A stretch of DNA of 64,000 nucleotides from Perkinsus olseni. Its lineage: Eukaryota. Where the stretch lies: NCBI GenBank assembly GCA_013115125.1, contig JABANN010000092.1:1-64000 (forward strand), in the 5' to 3' direction. The position numbers were made by a program, and so were the translations under genes. Shown one piece after another: positions 22,715 to 36,535 of this stretch (positions within the stretch are counted from its first letter, which is position 1; each line of letters starts with the position of its first letter). The notes under the pieces were generated by a model that ran no database searches, was not told the DNA's origin, and saw only the letters and a list, made by a program, of their open reading frames with translations.

Positions 22715-25700
22715 ATGGAGATGGACAGAAAGCCTGAGGGTCAGGGTTATAATAAGCGGCAGTGCGAGCGTGTTCAGGCTTCGCTGGTTCACTGAGTGCG
22801 TAGTTATGTCACTTGTGACGTGTTTTCCATTACCGGATGTGTCGACTGCCTCCCTCTCGCAGTGGACTGTGGGTGATGATAGGGAGGCCCTCCTGGCAGT
22901 GGTCTTCGAAGGTAGTTCGGAAGCAGAGGGCTCGGAAGTCCTGTTGTACAGTGTAGAAGGCGTCAAGGTGAATGGGAATCACCGTCATACGATAGGCTAA
23001 GGCTGCTCTTTGGGAGGTTCCCGTCACTCCGAGGTTGCATCGGCGGAGTTCGATAACTTCTCTTATTTGGAGCCAGTTGCCGCCTGGCAAGGGAGGATCG
23101 ACCTTATTCGTGGCCTGGCGGGACGGAACTCTCCAAAGGGTTGACACGACTGAAGGTACGACGGCTGCCAAGGGCGAAGGGCGATGAGGATCGTTAGGTG
23201 TCGAGAAAAAGGTCGAACTAGTGGAGAAGCGAATAGAAACGGAAGGGGCACATACAGTGACCGGCGCGTGTAGCCCCGATGGCCGCAGTCTTGTCATCAG
23301 CAGCAGCGATGGGAGCCTAACTCTGTGGGATGTCGACGGCTCTGGCAAGCTAGAGATGTGAGTTCGACTCTCATCAATACCGATCGTAGTAACGATCCTC
23401 CCTGCAGAATTCATAGGGTATCCTCGAGGGTAGGGGTGGCGGCACATATAGTATTTCGGACGAGAGACCCCTCCAATCCCGACAGATCGCCTTATGTCTT
23501 CGCAGCCGAGAGTGGCAGCGTCTGCTCGGTGTCCAGTGCGGGAACGCAAGTTGAGAGGTAGTAGTGACGCTGGGGGTCGCTTTTGGCTGGGAGCTGACCG
23601 GGGAGAGTTTGAGCTCCATGCTCAATCGGGTCGTTCACCTGTCTTGTGGCAGTTATAAGATCGTCGGGCCTGTCATCTACTTGTCATACATCGAGGAGGA
23701 TGACATAGTAGTCATCCTGAGCAGTACAGGGATACTGGCTCGATTCAAGATGGATACGGCAGGCAAGATGGTAGAGGATGCCAAGATGAAGCTCTCGGCG
23801 GCTAACCCATCGGAGGTCACTTGCCGTGACGAAGGCAACTAGGTCATCGTTTGGGGTCCTTCAGACGCGCTGCTGCTGGGCCGGCTCGGGGTTGCTGGCT
23901 ACGGTATCGCGAGAACCATTCGTACGGCTGTGGAAGCTCAGTCCAAGCCGTGGTGACGGCAGGAATGAGGAGGAGCAAGTGAGAAGGCGACTTACCTGTA
24001 CCCTCCACCGGGCCCCCTTCCTCAGGCTCACTACCTAATGGCCTTACAGGACGGAAGCGAACAAGGGGCTAAGCTCAGCAAGGACGTCGCAGTCAGCGTC
24101 GCATATGATCCAGTGAGATGCCCTCCACGCGCTCGGGAACTCTCTCTCCCAATCAGAATCGCATGGTCATCGCCTGTGGGACTGCCAAGGGTCACGTAGT
24201 ACGATGGAGGTGCCTCGAAGACGACACTAGGGATGCTAACGATGCCAGCTGGGAGCTCCTGCCGCTCATTGAGGTGCTCATGCCGAGCGATACTGGTCCT
24301 TATGGCTAGTCCCTCAGGTTCCCGGAGGGAACTCGATTGACAGCGCATCGTGGTGTTCCAGGCGGGACGCTAGTGTGCTTGCCGCCGGGGTATCCGGCCC
24401 GACGGGTGAGAAGGCTGGGTTGTGGGCCCCTTCGCTCGGTGGAAGCGGAGCCTCCCATTGGCAGTGTTACCGTACTGAGATGCTCGGATTCCCTCCTCAG
24501 GAGGCCGACTACTGTGCCCGTGGTTGGTTATCGAGAACAGCATCCTCTGGTCGTCGTGCCTCCCCAAGATCGCAGTGCAAACCGCCGCTGACAGATTGGC
24601 TGTTATGAACAGTGACCACGGTACTCGAAGGAGTGTCCAGTGCAGCGGGGATGGCAGTGAAAGGATCCACCTGAAGGTGCTTCCTAGACGGCACTGGCTC
24701 TGGAAGTTGGTCCTCTTGTGACCTCCAGGGAGCTGTACTGTTGAAGGCCTTCCTTGTCTGCTGGTCCCACGATGCAGTGTTCGTCTTCATCACCACTGGT
24801 GTGGAGAAGGCAAAGGTCGTGGCAAGGATATCAGCCTCTTCGCTTGTCGCAGCAACTGCTTGGGTGAGTCACCTCATCAGCATAGCTGCAACCCATCTTA
24901 TGCAGTGCCACGAGGTTGACGATGAGGCAAAAAAGCCGGCTCTGGCGGACCTCACTGTGGTCGTAGCCTACCCGCGACGCCTCACATTCCTTAATGGGAG
25001 TGGTGCCCAAAAGAAAGAGGTTTGCCCGCTCCTTCCAGCGGTATTGTGAGCAGGCATACCCTTCTAGGTGCCCTACATAGAGAGTACCGATGGTGCTCCT
25101 CGAGCCCTGGCCTGCAGTGCTTCCGGCCTTCTTGTTGTCGTATCATCTACGAACATTATCAGAGGTGGTAGCGATTAGATCCCTCCCGCCGTCATTGGCT
25201 CCGCTGCTGCTGTCAGCGAACTACTTGTGCTACGGCCTTCCCCTCAGTTTGGGAGTTGGGACGGGGAGCATCCACAGCTCAGCCCAAACCGGTTGGGGCG
25301 CCAAGAAGGATCAACATAACTGATAAAGAGAGTGGAGAAGAGGTCGGAATTGTCGAGTCAGTGGCGGCTAACTGCAACGGTACGTAGGGTTGAATCTGTC
25401 CAGCGACGTGTGTCCCAGGCCACTGCTCTCTCCTTTGTCCTCTCCGATTTTGGACCAACCTCCGCGCTCCGACCCTCTGTCCCTCCTGTATCCTCCTCCA
25501 CAGCACTCTCCCCAGGTACCCGTGCCTCAATCCTCATGTCCCGGCATGAAAGGAAGGCCGGTGACGGCGGAGGCGGCGGTACGGCGGTCAGGCATCAGAT
25601 CGATGCGCGTATTGTCTTCTATGACATTGTCAACGACTTGCTGGCGTTCAAATACTGCAAGGCCTCTGATGTCCTCTACAGCCCAGTGACTCATACTTGG

Positions 25701-28700
25701 GACCATCGAGATCCCCGAGTCATGGCGTGCGAAGGCCGTGATGGTAGGTAAAGCTCCTCCTCATCTTCAGTCAGTTGGTCGCTCGAAGTCGTAGAAGTTG
25801 GACTATTCTGTCTAGGGCTACTACCAGTAGCTCGCTGGGATCATTCTATACTTGTAAGCGAGGAAATGTCAGCCTGAAGAGGCCTGCCTGGCCGAACCCG
25901 ACCGGGCGCCCAGGGGAAACTTTGCTGTCAATGGACCGAGCTGTTATTCCAGTATTGTTTCCAACCGTTGCGCCCCTGCAGTCACACCCACGAAGGCGAC
26001 AAGGCGACAGGGCGTCGAGAGTAGCAGCAGCATCAGCAGAATTAACGCTCTGCTCCTCTTCATTCTGGATGACTCTGGATCTGGTCAGATCGTACTGCAA
26101 GTAAGGTAGCCCGCGTGGCCAGGAGCGATCACGCTCTCCAGTGACCGTGCAGGGCACTCATCCATGTCGTACACCGTCCGGCACTGCAGCTCTACCGGTG
26201 GCGATCGCAACGCCCTACATCTACTTCTATGACAGCTCAGCTGGAAGCGTCAGCAAGGTACCGTGCCGGCCGACGTCGTTGTCATTATCTTCCTCTTGAT
26301 GATCTGTAGTAGGTCTGCCAGCGCAGCTTCGCTGGCATGGAGTCAGCCTGCGATGGGCCCCAGGGGGAATCGACAGCGAAAGCCCTCATCGACTTCTCAT
26401 TCTACCTGGCTAAGGGAAATGCTGACGCGGCCTATCGGGCGGTCAGGTAACCGTGAGCACCGATCCCCCATTGTTGATGACTTCGCTCCATTATTAGGGC
26501 AGTAGAGTCTCTAGCAGTATGGGAGAACCTGTGTAGGATGGCAGTGAAGACTCGACAGCTGCAAGTGGCCAGGAGATGCCTCGGACGGATCCAGGTGGGG
26601 TCGTACGTCACCGCTCGACTCTTGCGTTGGAGAAAATCTTCTCTGAGATGATTTCGTTCACCGAGGTCAGTGCGTGGTGCCTGGAAATCAGGTCTCTGGA
26701 GAGGGCAGCGGCGGCGGTCCGGTCAGCAGTACCCCTGCTGCCGCCCTGCGGGCTAGTTTTGTCCTGAGAGACGGTGACGCCAAGGCCGACTTCGCCACAG
26801 ACGATGAGGAACTCGCCGCTATCGCCGTGCATTTGGATATGATAGAGGAGGCTGAGGAGCTCTACAGGCAGGCTTCCGACTACTTCAAACTGAATAAGCT
26901 GTAGAGGGCCCAACGAGAGCTCTCCGAGCCGTAACGGGTCACTGCTAGGTACCAGCGGCTGGGCCGATGGTCAGATGCAATTGCCGTTGCCGAAGTACAC
27001 GACCGAATGCATCTATCCAGCACCCACTTCGCTTGTGCCAAGAGCCTCGAGGCGAAAGGGGACGTCGAGGGAGCCCTGAAGAATTATGAGAAGGCCGGCT
27101 CGGCTGGCCTTAGTGAGGTCGCCCTTTTCCGGCGACTATCAGGCTTTCCAATCGGGGGATCAGATTCCCAGAATGTTCCTCCGTTTTGGACTTCTCCAGC
27201 CATTGAAAGACTATGTCCAGCGAGTCCAGAAGCCATTCCTTTATAAATGGTAGCATCACCACGGACTAACGGAGCTCATGGTCTTGAGCAAGGTACGGTC
27301 AATATTTGGAGTCGACGGGTAAGGCGAAAGAGGCAGAAGACTACTATCGCCAAGCCGAGGACTGGGTAGGTCTCCCCGCTCCCTACATGCATCCTGTAGT
27401 CGGGAGCTCAGGGACAGCTGCTGATTGAGCTGCCTTGCACCGTGAGGCCCTCCTCTCGATCAGGCGGCGCTTGTCCGTCTATCGTGGGCGAGGTCGGACT
27501 TGGATGGTGCCCGTACGATCTGCCGGGATAGTGGTGACAGCAACGCCACCTACCAGCATGCCAAGTACCTCCAAGACTACTGTACAGCGCCGGGAGGTCA
27601 GTGCAACGCGGAGGGGAAGGCCTTTGAGAGCTCATCAATGCTAGGTGTTGAAGGCAAAGGGGAGTTACTGAAAGAAGTTGTGGACGGCTATTCGTACTCC
27701 GGTCGTGTTGGTGCGGCTTTGAGGTTGGCACAGACCCACGATATGGAAGCGGAAGTAAGGAGGCATGTTCGAGGATTCTGACACCTCTAGCGATGGTGCG
27801 CTGCTAGTTGATAAAGCTGAGCATGCAAGCCGTGTACTCGGACGAAGGAGCTGGCGGGACAGCCACGGCCGGTGCGATGCAGGCTGCCAGGTACAGCGTT
27901 GAGGCGTCCAGTAGTTGCGGAGTTCGGGCAGGTTCTACGAGACTAAGGGGGACTACGCACGAGCAGCGGCCTTGTACCAGAAGATCGGTCAAACGGATAA
28001 GGCGATCTCTCTATGCCTTGCCACTCAGCAGTATGATGCTTTACGGAAGCTGGTAATTAATGGTTGTATCTCCTACGGCCACCCTTAGTTTGTAGAGTGT
28101 AGGCTGATTATCTGAGCCCTGAGACCACTGACCAAGCTACGATGGAGAGGTGCGCCAAGGTGTTGATAGAGCAGAAGTAGCCTATGGGTTCGACACGTGC
28201 TTTGCAATGTATAACCTCCGAGGTACTACGACAAGGCAGTGCAGCTCCTGGCGAGTTCCAAACAATTGGAGAACGCGGTAGCGATGTGCGAGGACTATGA
28301 TGTGCCGATTACAGAGGAGCTAGCAGAGAAGCTCACGCCCAAGGATCGGTAGGCGACCGAGAGGGACCATCCGTGAGCTGAGGGATGTCAGAGACCACCC
28401 CAAGTACAGAGAGCTCCTGCTTGCCATCGGGGACCTGTCTAAGCAACACGGCCTGTACGCTCTTGCATGCAAGAAGTTTACTCAAGCCGGGGATAAAATA
28501 CGGGCTATCAAGGCCCTGCTGCGATCGGGGGACACCGAGAAGATCATATTTTATGCCCAGACCGCAAGAGCGAAGGAAGTGTACGTGCTGGCGGCCAACA
28601 GCCTTCAGAGCCTAGACTGGTGAGTATCGTGGGCACTGCATAGAGCTCGAAATCCTAACGTTCCGCCGATTCTCGCCCTGTTTGCATTCTAGGTTCAACA

Positions 28701-29837
28701 ACCCAGAGCTCGAGAAGAATATCATAGCGTTCTATACCCGGGCCAAGGCTACAGATCAGCTCTCGCGATTCCATCAGGTGCCGGCTCGTTCTCCCCGCGG
28801 AGGAGGGTTGAACTGCACCTCTGCTCAGGCCCGAGCACACAGGGCGATTGATGAGCACCAAGACGTGGAGGGAGCGATAGCAGCTCTCGAGGAGGCCTTG
28901 GCTGCTGTCGATAAGGTCGGACACGAATTGACCGGAATGAAAGCGTCCACGTCAGGATCCCGACGCCTCCCCGACGCATGACTGCTCTACGATGAAGTCG
29001 GGTCTAGAAGTACTTCGTAAATTCGGAGAGGCCAGGAAGTCAGCCGAAACGGACCCTAGAACGAGCTTAGTGGCCTGCGGTAGTCTGTTGCAATCTTCCG
29101 AGCTCAAGGACAGCCCTCTACGACCAGGGGATATGTAAGTGATTCGCTGCATGTCGAGTCGACTGTGTGACTTCGAAAGGGAACAACAATTGGGTGCACG
29201 ACGAGAATGCGGGGCCGCGACAGGACGCATACGGAATTGTCTTATGCCATCTCTCAGCAGAGGGAGTTAGTTCATCTTGTGCCCCGTCGGCGAACAGCAC
29301 ATCGCTCGGCATCAGCGGAAGAAGAGATAGAATTATTTTACCATAGCACTTTCGTCGTAGACAGTTTCTGATAGGCTCGATGTAGAACGGTAAACGGATG
29401 ACTAGCGGTAACAGACCGAGTGATGAGGCCAATATGTGAACTTGTCCGTTCACTACTACTGCGCATGTGTGTTCAGTTACGCATTCATGGCCCAGCTGTT
29501 CCACACGAATGGTCAGACGTCTGATGCAGCTGAAGTGGTGAAGAGGATGATTCATCAAAGCATTACTCCTAGTAGCTCATAGAGCCCCCACACGTATACC
29601 CGAGCTGAACATCTCTGTGCTCAAAAGGTGTTTACATTCCTCGCAAGTTACTACAGGAGATTGGCTTCGGAGGGTTGCCCAGAGAGTCCAGTGACGCGTG
29701 AGAGAAGGGGCGCAGTATTTGCGCACACGTGCTTTCGAGTTCCGGTTGTTTCATGCCCGAGTGTGAGTCTGGATCTCAGGCCCGTGGAGGATGACCCTAT
29801 TGAAGACGAAATTGTTGAAGAGATCGGCGTCTCATGA
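22715..29837 (+). CDS. IFT140: Intraflagellar transport protein 140 (WD40 + TPR, many exons)
   Basis: WD40-like N-half; [36 protein letters not shown]...[62 protein letters not shown]; acidic C-terminus. Start is approximate. Confidence 0.93.
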
Positions 29838-31291
29838 CCCATGTTCCTGACAGCACTTTCATTAGTATTCTGAGTTCTTTGAGTTGTGCAGTGAGTACTA
29901 CTCGGGGTAATATTGGTGGTCTACTCACAGACTTCCGTACGCCGAGCTGTTCAAGGCGATGCCAAAATCCACAGCGTGCGCGAAAATGCATTGCTTCCCG
30001 TTCTCGCTTTGGGCACGCGTAGGACTTTCGATTAATATGTATCGCCTAGCCCCTTTGGGGCGCGCACTAGCCAATGCCCCTAGATAGCCAGGCTTGATAT
30101 TTCACGGCGCGGCGAGATATAGGAAATTCCAAAGGCACTGGCGTTTTAGTCGTGTACGTAAATTACTCCATCTCGGTGTGTATAGAGCTAGTCCGCGAGA
30201 TCTACCAAGTTGGTTAAGCTGGCTTCTACGAGGTAGAAAAACTTAATTGCATATTTGAATTGGTGATCTGATAGGCTCGAGTCGAGTCACTCGACCACCA
30301 GCACGATTCCGAGTCAGGCTACGATCGACTCGACCTCCAATACGATTCAGTGTATACTCCGCTCGCCTCGCTCGCTCCGCAATTGACAGCGATCCTCGAG
30401 ATGCAGGTATGCTGGTGAACCACCGGTGGTTATATTGCTTCGATGACGGTTCCGCCGATGGTCTTCTGCTGTCAACTCAGAACATTATTCTGACGAAACG
30501 CCGTGGTACGTTCAGCACGTCGTTCTTAAAACTTCACTGTCGAGGTCGGCGCAGGATTACTAGCTGCAAGAATGGTTAGCGAATGAGGATGGAGCTGCAA
30601 GATTCATCAGCGAAATGAATGAGAGAGTATCCTCGCACAGATCGAGTGGATCTACGAAGAGAGATGGCGAGTCGTGACCGGCTAGTGTACTATGAATCAC
30701 GATGCGACATGGGCATTGTATTAGATAGATCTGGTTGAGTTACCTAGTCTAAGTGATGCACGGAGTGGAGTGTGTGTGAGTTTGAAGTCCAACGCCGATA
30801 GTACGGCTTAGTTAGGCTAGCACCAACGTACCTTTCTGAGGGGGATTAGTTCAGCCTGTAATAGGCTCTGTTCATCAAGCCAAAAAACGTTGCTCTGAGA
30901 GCGAGGTCATCGTCAGCTGGGGAATGTTCTTTCCTCCCGGCAGAATCCGCTTCCCACAGCTGCGGGGGGTATGCACGACCACGAAACACTAGCACATCCC
31001 ATAGTGTGTCGACCACGAGCATCATCTCAGAGACTCGAAAAGTCCATACCCTGGCTTAGACTCTCTCATACCGAAAGCTGACACTTCACAGAGTGAGGTG
31101 CGCTCAGTCACTCAGCTTCAATGAACTCGTGCTAACATTTCAAGTTTTCGCGCTATAATGCGTTACCCCTCGCGCGGGGTCGAAAACTCCCGACGGAACT
31201 GTGGCTCAACAAGGCGCTTCCTCCAACAGAGTGACCATGAACAACAATCGAGTTCATGCAACGGCAGCTTCGCTCTCGCCTCCTTCAACCG

Positions 31292-34200
31292 TTACGTCAT
31301 CTGCATCGAGGGGCAACATCTAGAAACGCTACCGCGTCCAGTCCAACCTGCAGTCGCATCCACGATACAATCGGCTTCCACGAGAGGGAGGCATGCGTCA
31401 TCGAAGCCCAGGATATTTCTGAGAACAAAGCCAAGCCTATCCAGAATCTAACAGCAAAGCATGCTGACCTGGCGAGCGACACAGGGTCCATGGCATCTCC
31501 CAAGACATCATCAATAGCCGCATCTTCGTCTTGGACTAGCGACTTCAAACATTGTGCAAACTCCTTGTAGCTGAGGCGTTCATCAGGATCGGTGTCATTC
31601 TGCGAAGGGACCTGAATAACCACTAGTCTGAAAGTCAATCGGTGGTGGTGCGGTACTCACTCCGATCTCTGCTCCTTTGGCGTCAGTCCTGAGGAGTTTC
31701 TGCAGAAGCAACTCGCGAGGAATCTTGCCGACTCCCTGACCTCCAGACTGTCTACCAACTCCGAAGGCCACGCAGTCAGGAGCTCACCCCGTCCTCGTCT
31801 CCCATCAGGGTGAGGAGAGCATCTACGACGTCGCGCCCGTCTGTTCCGAATGTTGGTCTGTGATTTATATACAATCTCACCTAATTCACAGCGCATCCCG
31901 ATAAGGCAAATTCAGATGACCGAAGAATGTAGAAAAGTCGCGCGGATCGTGTCACGTAATCGATGCAGCACCGGGTCGCTGTTGAGCCGAGTCGAAGGGC
32001 TCTCCCCTTTCTGCAATAGAGAATCTCCCTACACTCAAACCTACAAAGTCCTCGAAGGTGACTTTCTCCACATACCGACCGGTCTCGAAGAACCTCGAGT
32101 ACCGAACTTCAGCCGACATGTTTTGTACTTCCAGCTGGCTGGGAAAGAATCTGAGCAGTGACCACTGCAGCCTGCGAGGATCGAACTCGAGACCTCACCC
32201 CAAGGCACACATCATGTTGGGTATTTCCGCCACAGGGATGGTACCATCCAGCTTCCTCGCGCGTGTCGTCTTCTCGCCTGCCATTGAAAAAGCCTACCTC
32301 CCACCGCTTCACCAAACCGACCTTGACTCCGTAATTGACTGTAATAGAAGAACTGTTTCATATCGTGGAGCAGCTCTCCCTCTCTGCCCCCCTCAATCAT
32401 GTTAATGTAAGACTCAATGCCATCAAAGTCGGCTGCCTGAAGGAACCACTGGGCGGTTCTTGAGTTCGCCTTTCGTGTACCTTCGCTAAGTTCGAGACGG
32501 CTGCCACAGACTCGGTATTAACTGCCCACTGGTTCAGAGTTAGATCGGCTCCACCGACGGTGAAGACGTACTTCCCCTGAAAGTCAGCCAGATCGTTCCC
32601 ACATCACACGACCGTTGTTGCCACCTCATGACTGGTCGCGATGGCAGCGACACGGCCGGGGTGTGCGACCAGGCCCATCTGTTTGACCGGGTTGCCATCC
32701 AGAGGCAGTTGGATGATACCAAGTATCTGATTTACTCCTGGCCGTAGACCAAGGCTCCCTGCCTCTTCTCACACGTTCGCTGGTGGCATATACCATAAAC
32801 TGCCCGTCGTCGTAAGGAGGGTCAAGCAGCTGCATGTTCTGACCAGACTCCGCGGTCACTGCGTTGTCCTCGCCCACAACGGTCTCTGCAGCCTTCCCTG
32901 TTAGCTCGTTGTCTGATAGGAGACCGCGTAACTTAGCGTCGCCCTCGGGGACACCCACAGTCCGCCCTGCGGAGAGGCAGTAGTTTATCCAGCGGCCCAC
33001 TAAAGGTCGGTGCTAGCGTAGTTGACCTGACAACATTCTTCAATTGAGCGTTCCCGCAGTAGCCATCGACCCACCGGCAGTTGCCATCGACTGTATTCCA
33101 GACTTTAAGCTTGAAGTGATCATCGGATATAAGAATCTTACTATGGTCACCTCTAAAACCGAAGGGGAACCACATAGCCCCGACAGGGTGTGCCTGATAC
33201 CAATCTATACACTATGTCGATGATCGGCCGGGCCGATGGGCCGCCGGTCTATTCCGGAAAGGGCCGATTCGGCCCTTTCCGAATCACCTCCTGTGAGATG
33301 GTCCAAGCGCTTGTTATGAACAGCCCTTTAGTGTCCGAGCTGTGTCTGACGCTATACTCGACCAACCTGAGTTGAACCAGATGGTCTAGAAAACCGGGCC
33401 GGTCGATCGGCTCTCTTCGGAGGGAGCGGCAAAACTAAGGTCCGATAGCTTCGCGCCTGGTGAAGCGACGATAGTTCCCTTCGGCAGCCCCACTGCTGTC
33501 CAACTGCTCACCGTCCATCCTGGCCGATTGAGAACAACTTCGACTCCGGTCCAGCTTCGGGCCCAGAAAACATAAGCCCGACGATGGTGCGATAATGTGA
33601 CCGGTGCTTACCTACATCCGAATGATATCCGTGTGCCTGTGGCTCACCATCGTTGGCACCTCCGAAGAGCCACTCGGCAGTTGAGGTAGACTGTTGGGTG
33701 GAGAGCTTGTAGAGGTAGACGCAGTAGTCCGAATGAGCGGTGGCACAATAGGCTGAGTCATGGGCGAAGGCAAGGTGGCTCGCGGACTCTTGGGAATCTC
33801 TGAAGCTGGCGAGCTGAGAAAAATACATGTGCATCGATACAGCAGCGAAACTATACCAGGAAGTAACTAATCTACGGTAAGTAGAGAGTACGGCCGAAGT
33901 GGTTACAGTCAGCTAAGTGCCTAACTCTTCCTACAGGGTGAGATTCAAAACGGCGCAGCACACAGGACTACGGGTTGTGCTTCAGGAGCACCGCAAATAC
34001 GGTGGCGAGCGGCGATAGGCGACGGGGAATCCGTCATTGTGAAGCACGGCCACTCGTGAGGAGAGACTCATACGGAGCAGCATCATCACTTCGGACAAAT
34101 CAGAAGTGCACAGAATTTTGCAGTGACCGTTAGTGAATCCGACCAAAAGATACTTCCCATTGGGGCTGAACTTGAGGATATGTGGCACCTGAGGGAGAGT

Positions 34201-36535
34201 GCTCAGGTGGAGAAGCTGTCGCCGAGCAGTGAGCGTCGACTGACCAGCTTCTCGAAGGTCTTTACGCATCTCAGCTTCTTCGTGTTATAATCCCAAACCT
34301 GCAAGAAGCCACTGTAGCCGCATATTGCCACCAATGGCGAGCTCGGATGGCAGTCTAGCCCGTGCACTGCGGAATCGAGCCCTGATGGACGGAAGATCAG
34401 GCGGCGGCGGCGGCTGCTGCTGCTGGTCATCGAATTTCACCCTGCAGTATCAGGTGACCTTGACGGTCAGCAGCTTTGAGCTCGTAGAAGGCTTCGGACT
34501 GGACGTAAACGACAAGTGCTGATGCTGTAGTGACCATGAAGGGCTCGCAATGGAAGCTTTCTCGAGTCGAGGCGTCTCCGTTGGTAGAGGCGCCGCCTGA
34601 ACAGCTTCGGAGTCCTAACAGGTTCGAAACTCCCTCAAGTTTCCTCTTACCCGGACTCTTCGAAGGTGATTTGGATCTCCTTGACGCATTTCCCTTGCTG
34701 CCACTCATCACCTCTGCCTGAAGGAATTGACATGAGGAAACCTTATCGGGGGTCGCCAGCAGCGAGAGGACCTTAGTGGCCCGGAAGGAGATGCTCTTAA
34801 TTGCTCCAGCCGACAAATCCTCGAACCACGCCTGTAGGAGACGAAGTAGCTCCCGGAGCTGCATTGCCGTTTATCGTTCCCCTACTTGAATTTTGAACCC
34901 AAAATCGTAAAACCTCACGGCACCATCAGCCGAGCCAACAACGACAAACTCTTGATGTACCTGGGTATATAATGGGGAGCAATGTCCACGGAAGACGTAG
35001 TGGTACCTTGAGGACGTTCAAGCTGGTGTCCGGGGTGAGCCGTATAATCTTTACGGCCCTCCTCTGGCGCGAAATCGACTGGCCGGCGTCAGAGATGAGA
35101 GAGTAGTCCCAGATGAGGACATCGCCGTCCACGGTACCGGTGGCGACCTACTGGGGGTGCAGTTCTTAAAGTGCATCGGTCGTCGTCACCTGGGAGGTGT
35201 TGGGCATGAAGACAGTCATAGTGAAGTCGCCGACACGCTGGCTCAAGTCCTTAGGACACAGCACCGGGCAGTAGAACTGCATGGGGACTGGTGGGAGCTC
35301 CTTCGGAGCGGAATATATCTGCCTGTTGCGTTGAAGATGATACTGGAGGGTATGAACTTCACCTTGCTAGGAGAGGTGGGCTGCTTCGTGGCTGCGTCCC
35401 TGTCCCACCGCCAGAAGAAAGCGCGCCTTTTCCCATTTGTTGCGATCTCCGTCACGTCCCACTGATTGAATGTAACCGTCGTTTGCAAGTCGTTGTCATC
35501 TATCTGAATCGCCAATCGGGGATGTCAGCACCGCGAGGCGGAAGTTTCTGAGTATCCTACTCGACCAATGCAAATCGGCTGGAGCCGTTCGGCATCTGTC
35601 CAGTTCCAGACAGCTATGGTCTGGGAATTGTCCTTCCCAGGATCTATGAAAGAGAGGCTTTCGGGTTCGAAGTCTCGAGAGCGATAGCTGAACTACCCTC
35701 GTCATCATCTCCCTCGCCGTTCGCCTTTACTGGAGCCTGACACCCACACTCGGGTATGGGGACTGCCGTCCCTCCCCCTACCGTCGCGGACACAGTCACG
35801 ATGAACTTCCCGTCAGGTGTGATGTCGCAGGCCACAACTCCATACGGATGAGGGTCGACGATCGTGCGTACCGGCGCGGCAGTGTGCCTGAATGCTTAGT
35901 CTCGGGAACGGTGATTGTCACCGATGAGCCACCTGTTCCAGACTACGAGGAGGCTTTGCTCCCCAGCATCCGCGGTCACCAACCACCGTCGATCGCGGCT
36001 CAGTGCGGTTGACGTAATCCCGTTAACGTGGCCCTGAGTTCAGTAACGCCTCGAAGGGACCTACCGCCTAGGGACGGTTCAAAGACTTTTCAGGAAATGA
36101 AAGGGAGTGTCAGTGTGATCGGATAGGACCCGGTGAAGCTTTGGCACTTCTACTTGGAAAACACCCCTATTTTTGCGGTGACGGGCACAAACCTGTAAGA
36201 GCTGCTGCTGCCCCGTGGTGTAGTTGTAAATGACTCCGCAGTTGGCAGTAGGGTAGAACAGCTCGGTTCGATCCTCTCCCACAACCTCCAGATTATGAAC
36301 CGAGCCGCTGAGCTCTCTGTTGAGGCCTGGAGTAGCCGTTGGTTATGGGGGGCGATGAGCAATAGTGTGACACCCACCGAGGCTCCACTCCAGCGTCAGA
36401 GCATTCGCGGAAATGGAGGACTTCGGCGTGGTGTCCATTGGAAAGATATTCGTCACGTTTGCTTCTTAATTTCGGATCTCCCCGACTAGAGACGCCACCG
36501 AGGCGCCGGTGGAACTCGTCCACGTACCCATTCAT
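31292..36535 (-). CDS. CFAP251: CFAP251/WDR66 (WD40 plus C-terminal EF-hand-like region, many exons)
   Basis: LFYPTANCGVIYNY..QQQLLQGHVNGIT..SRDRRWLVTAD; HPSSPLVAICGYSGFLQVWDY; GKHRSHY; KQFFYYSQLRSQG; IPNMMCALG..FPSQLEVQNMSAEVRYS. Both ends are approximate. Confidence 0.88.
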
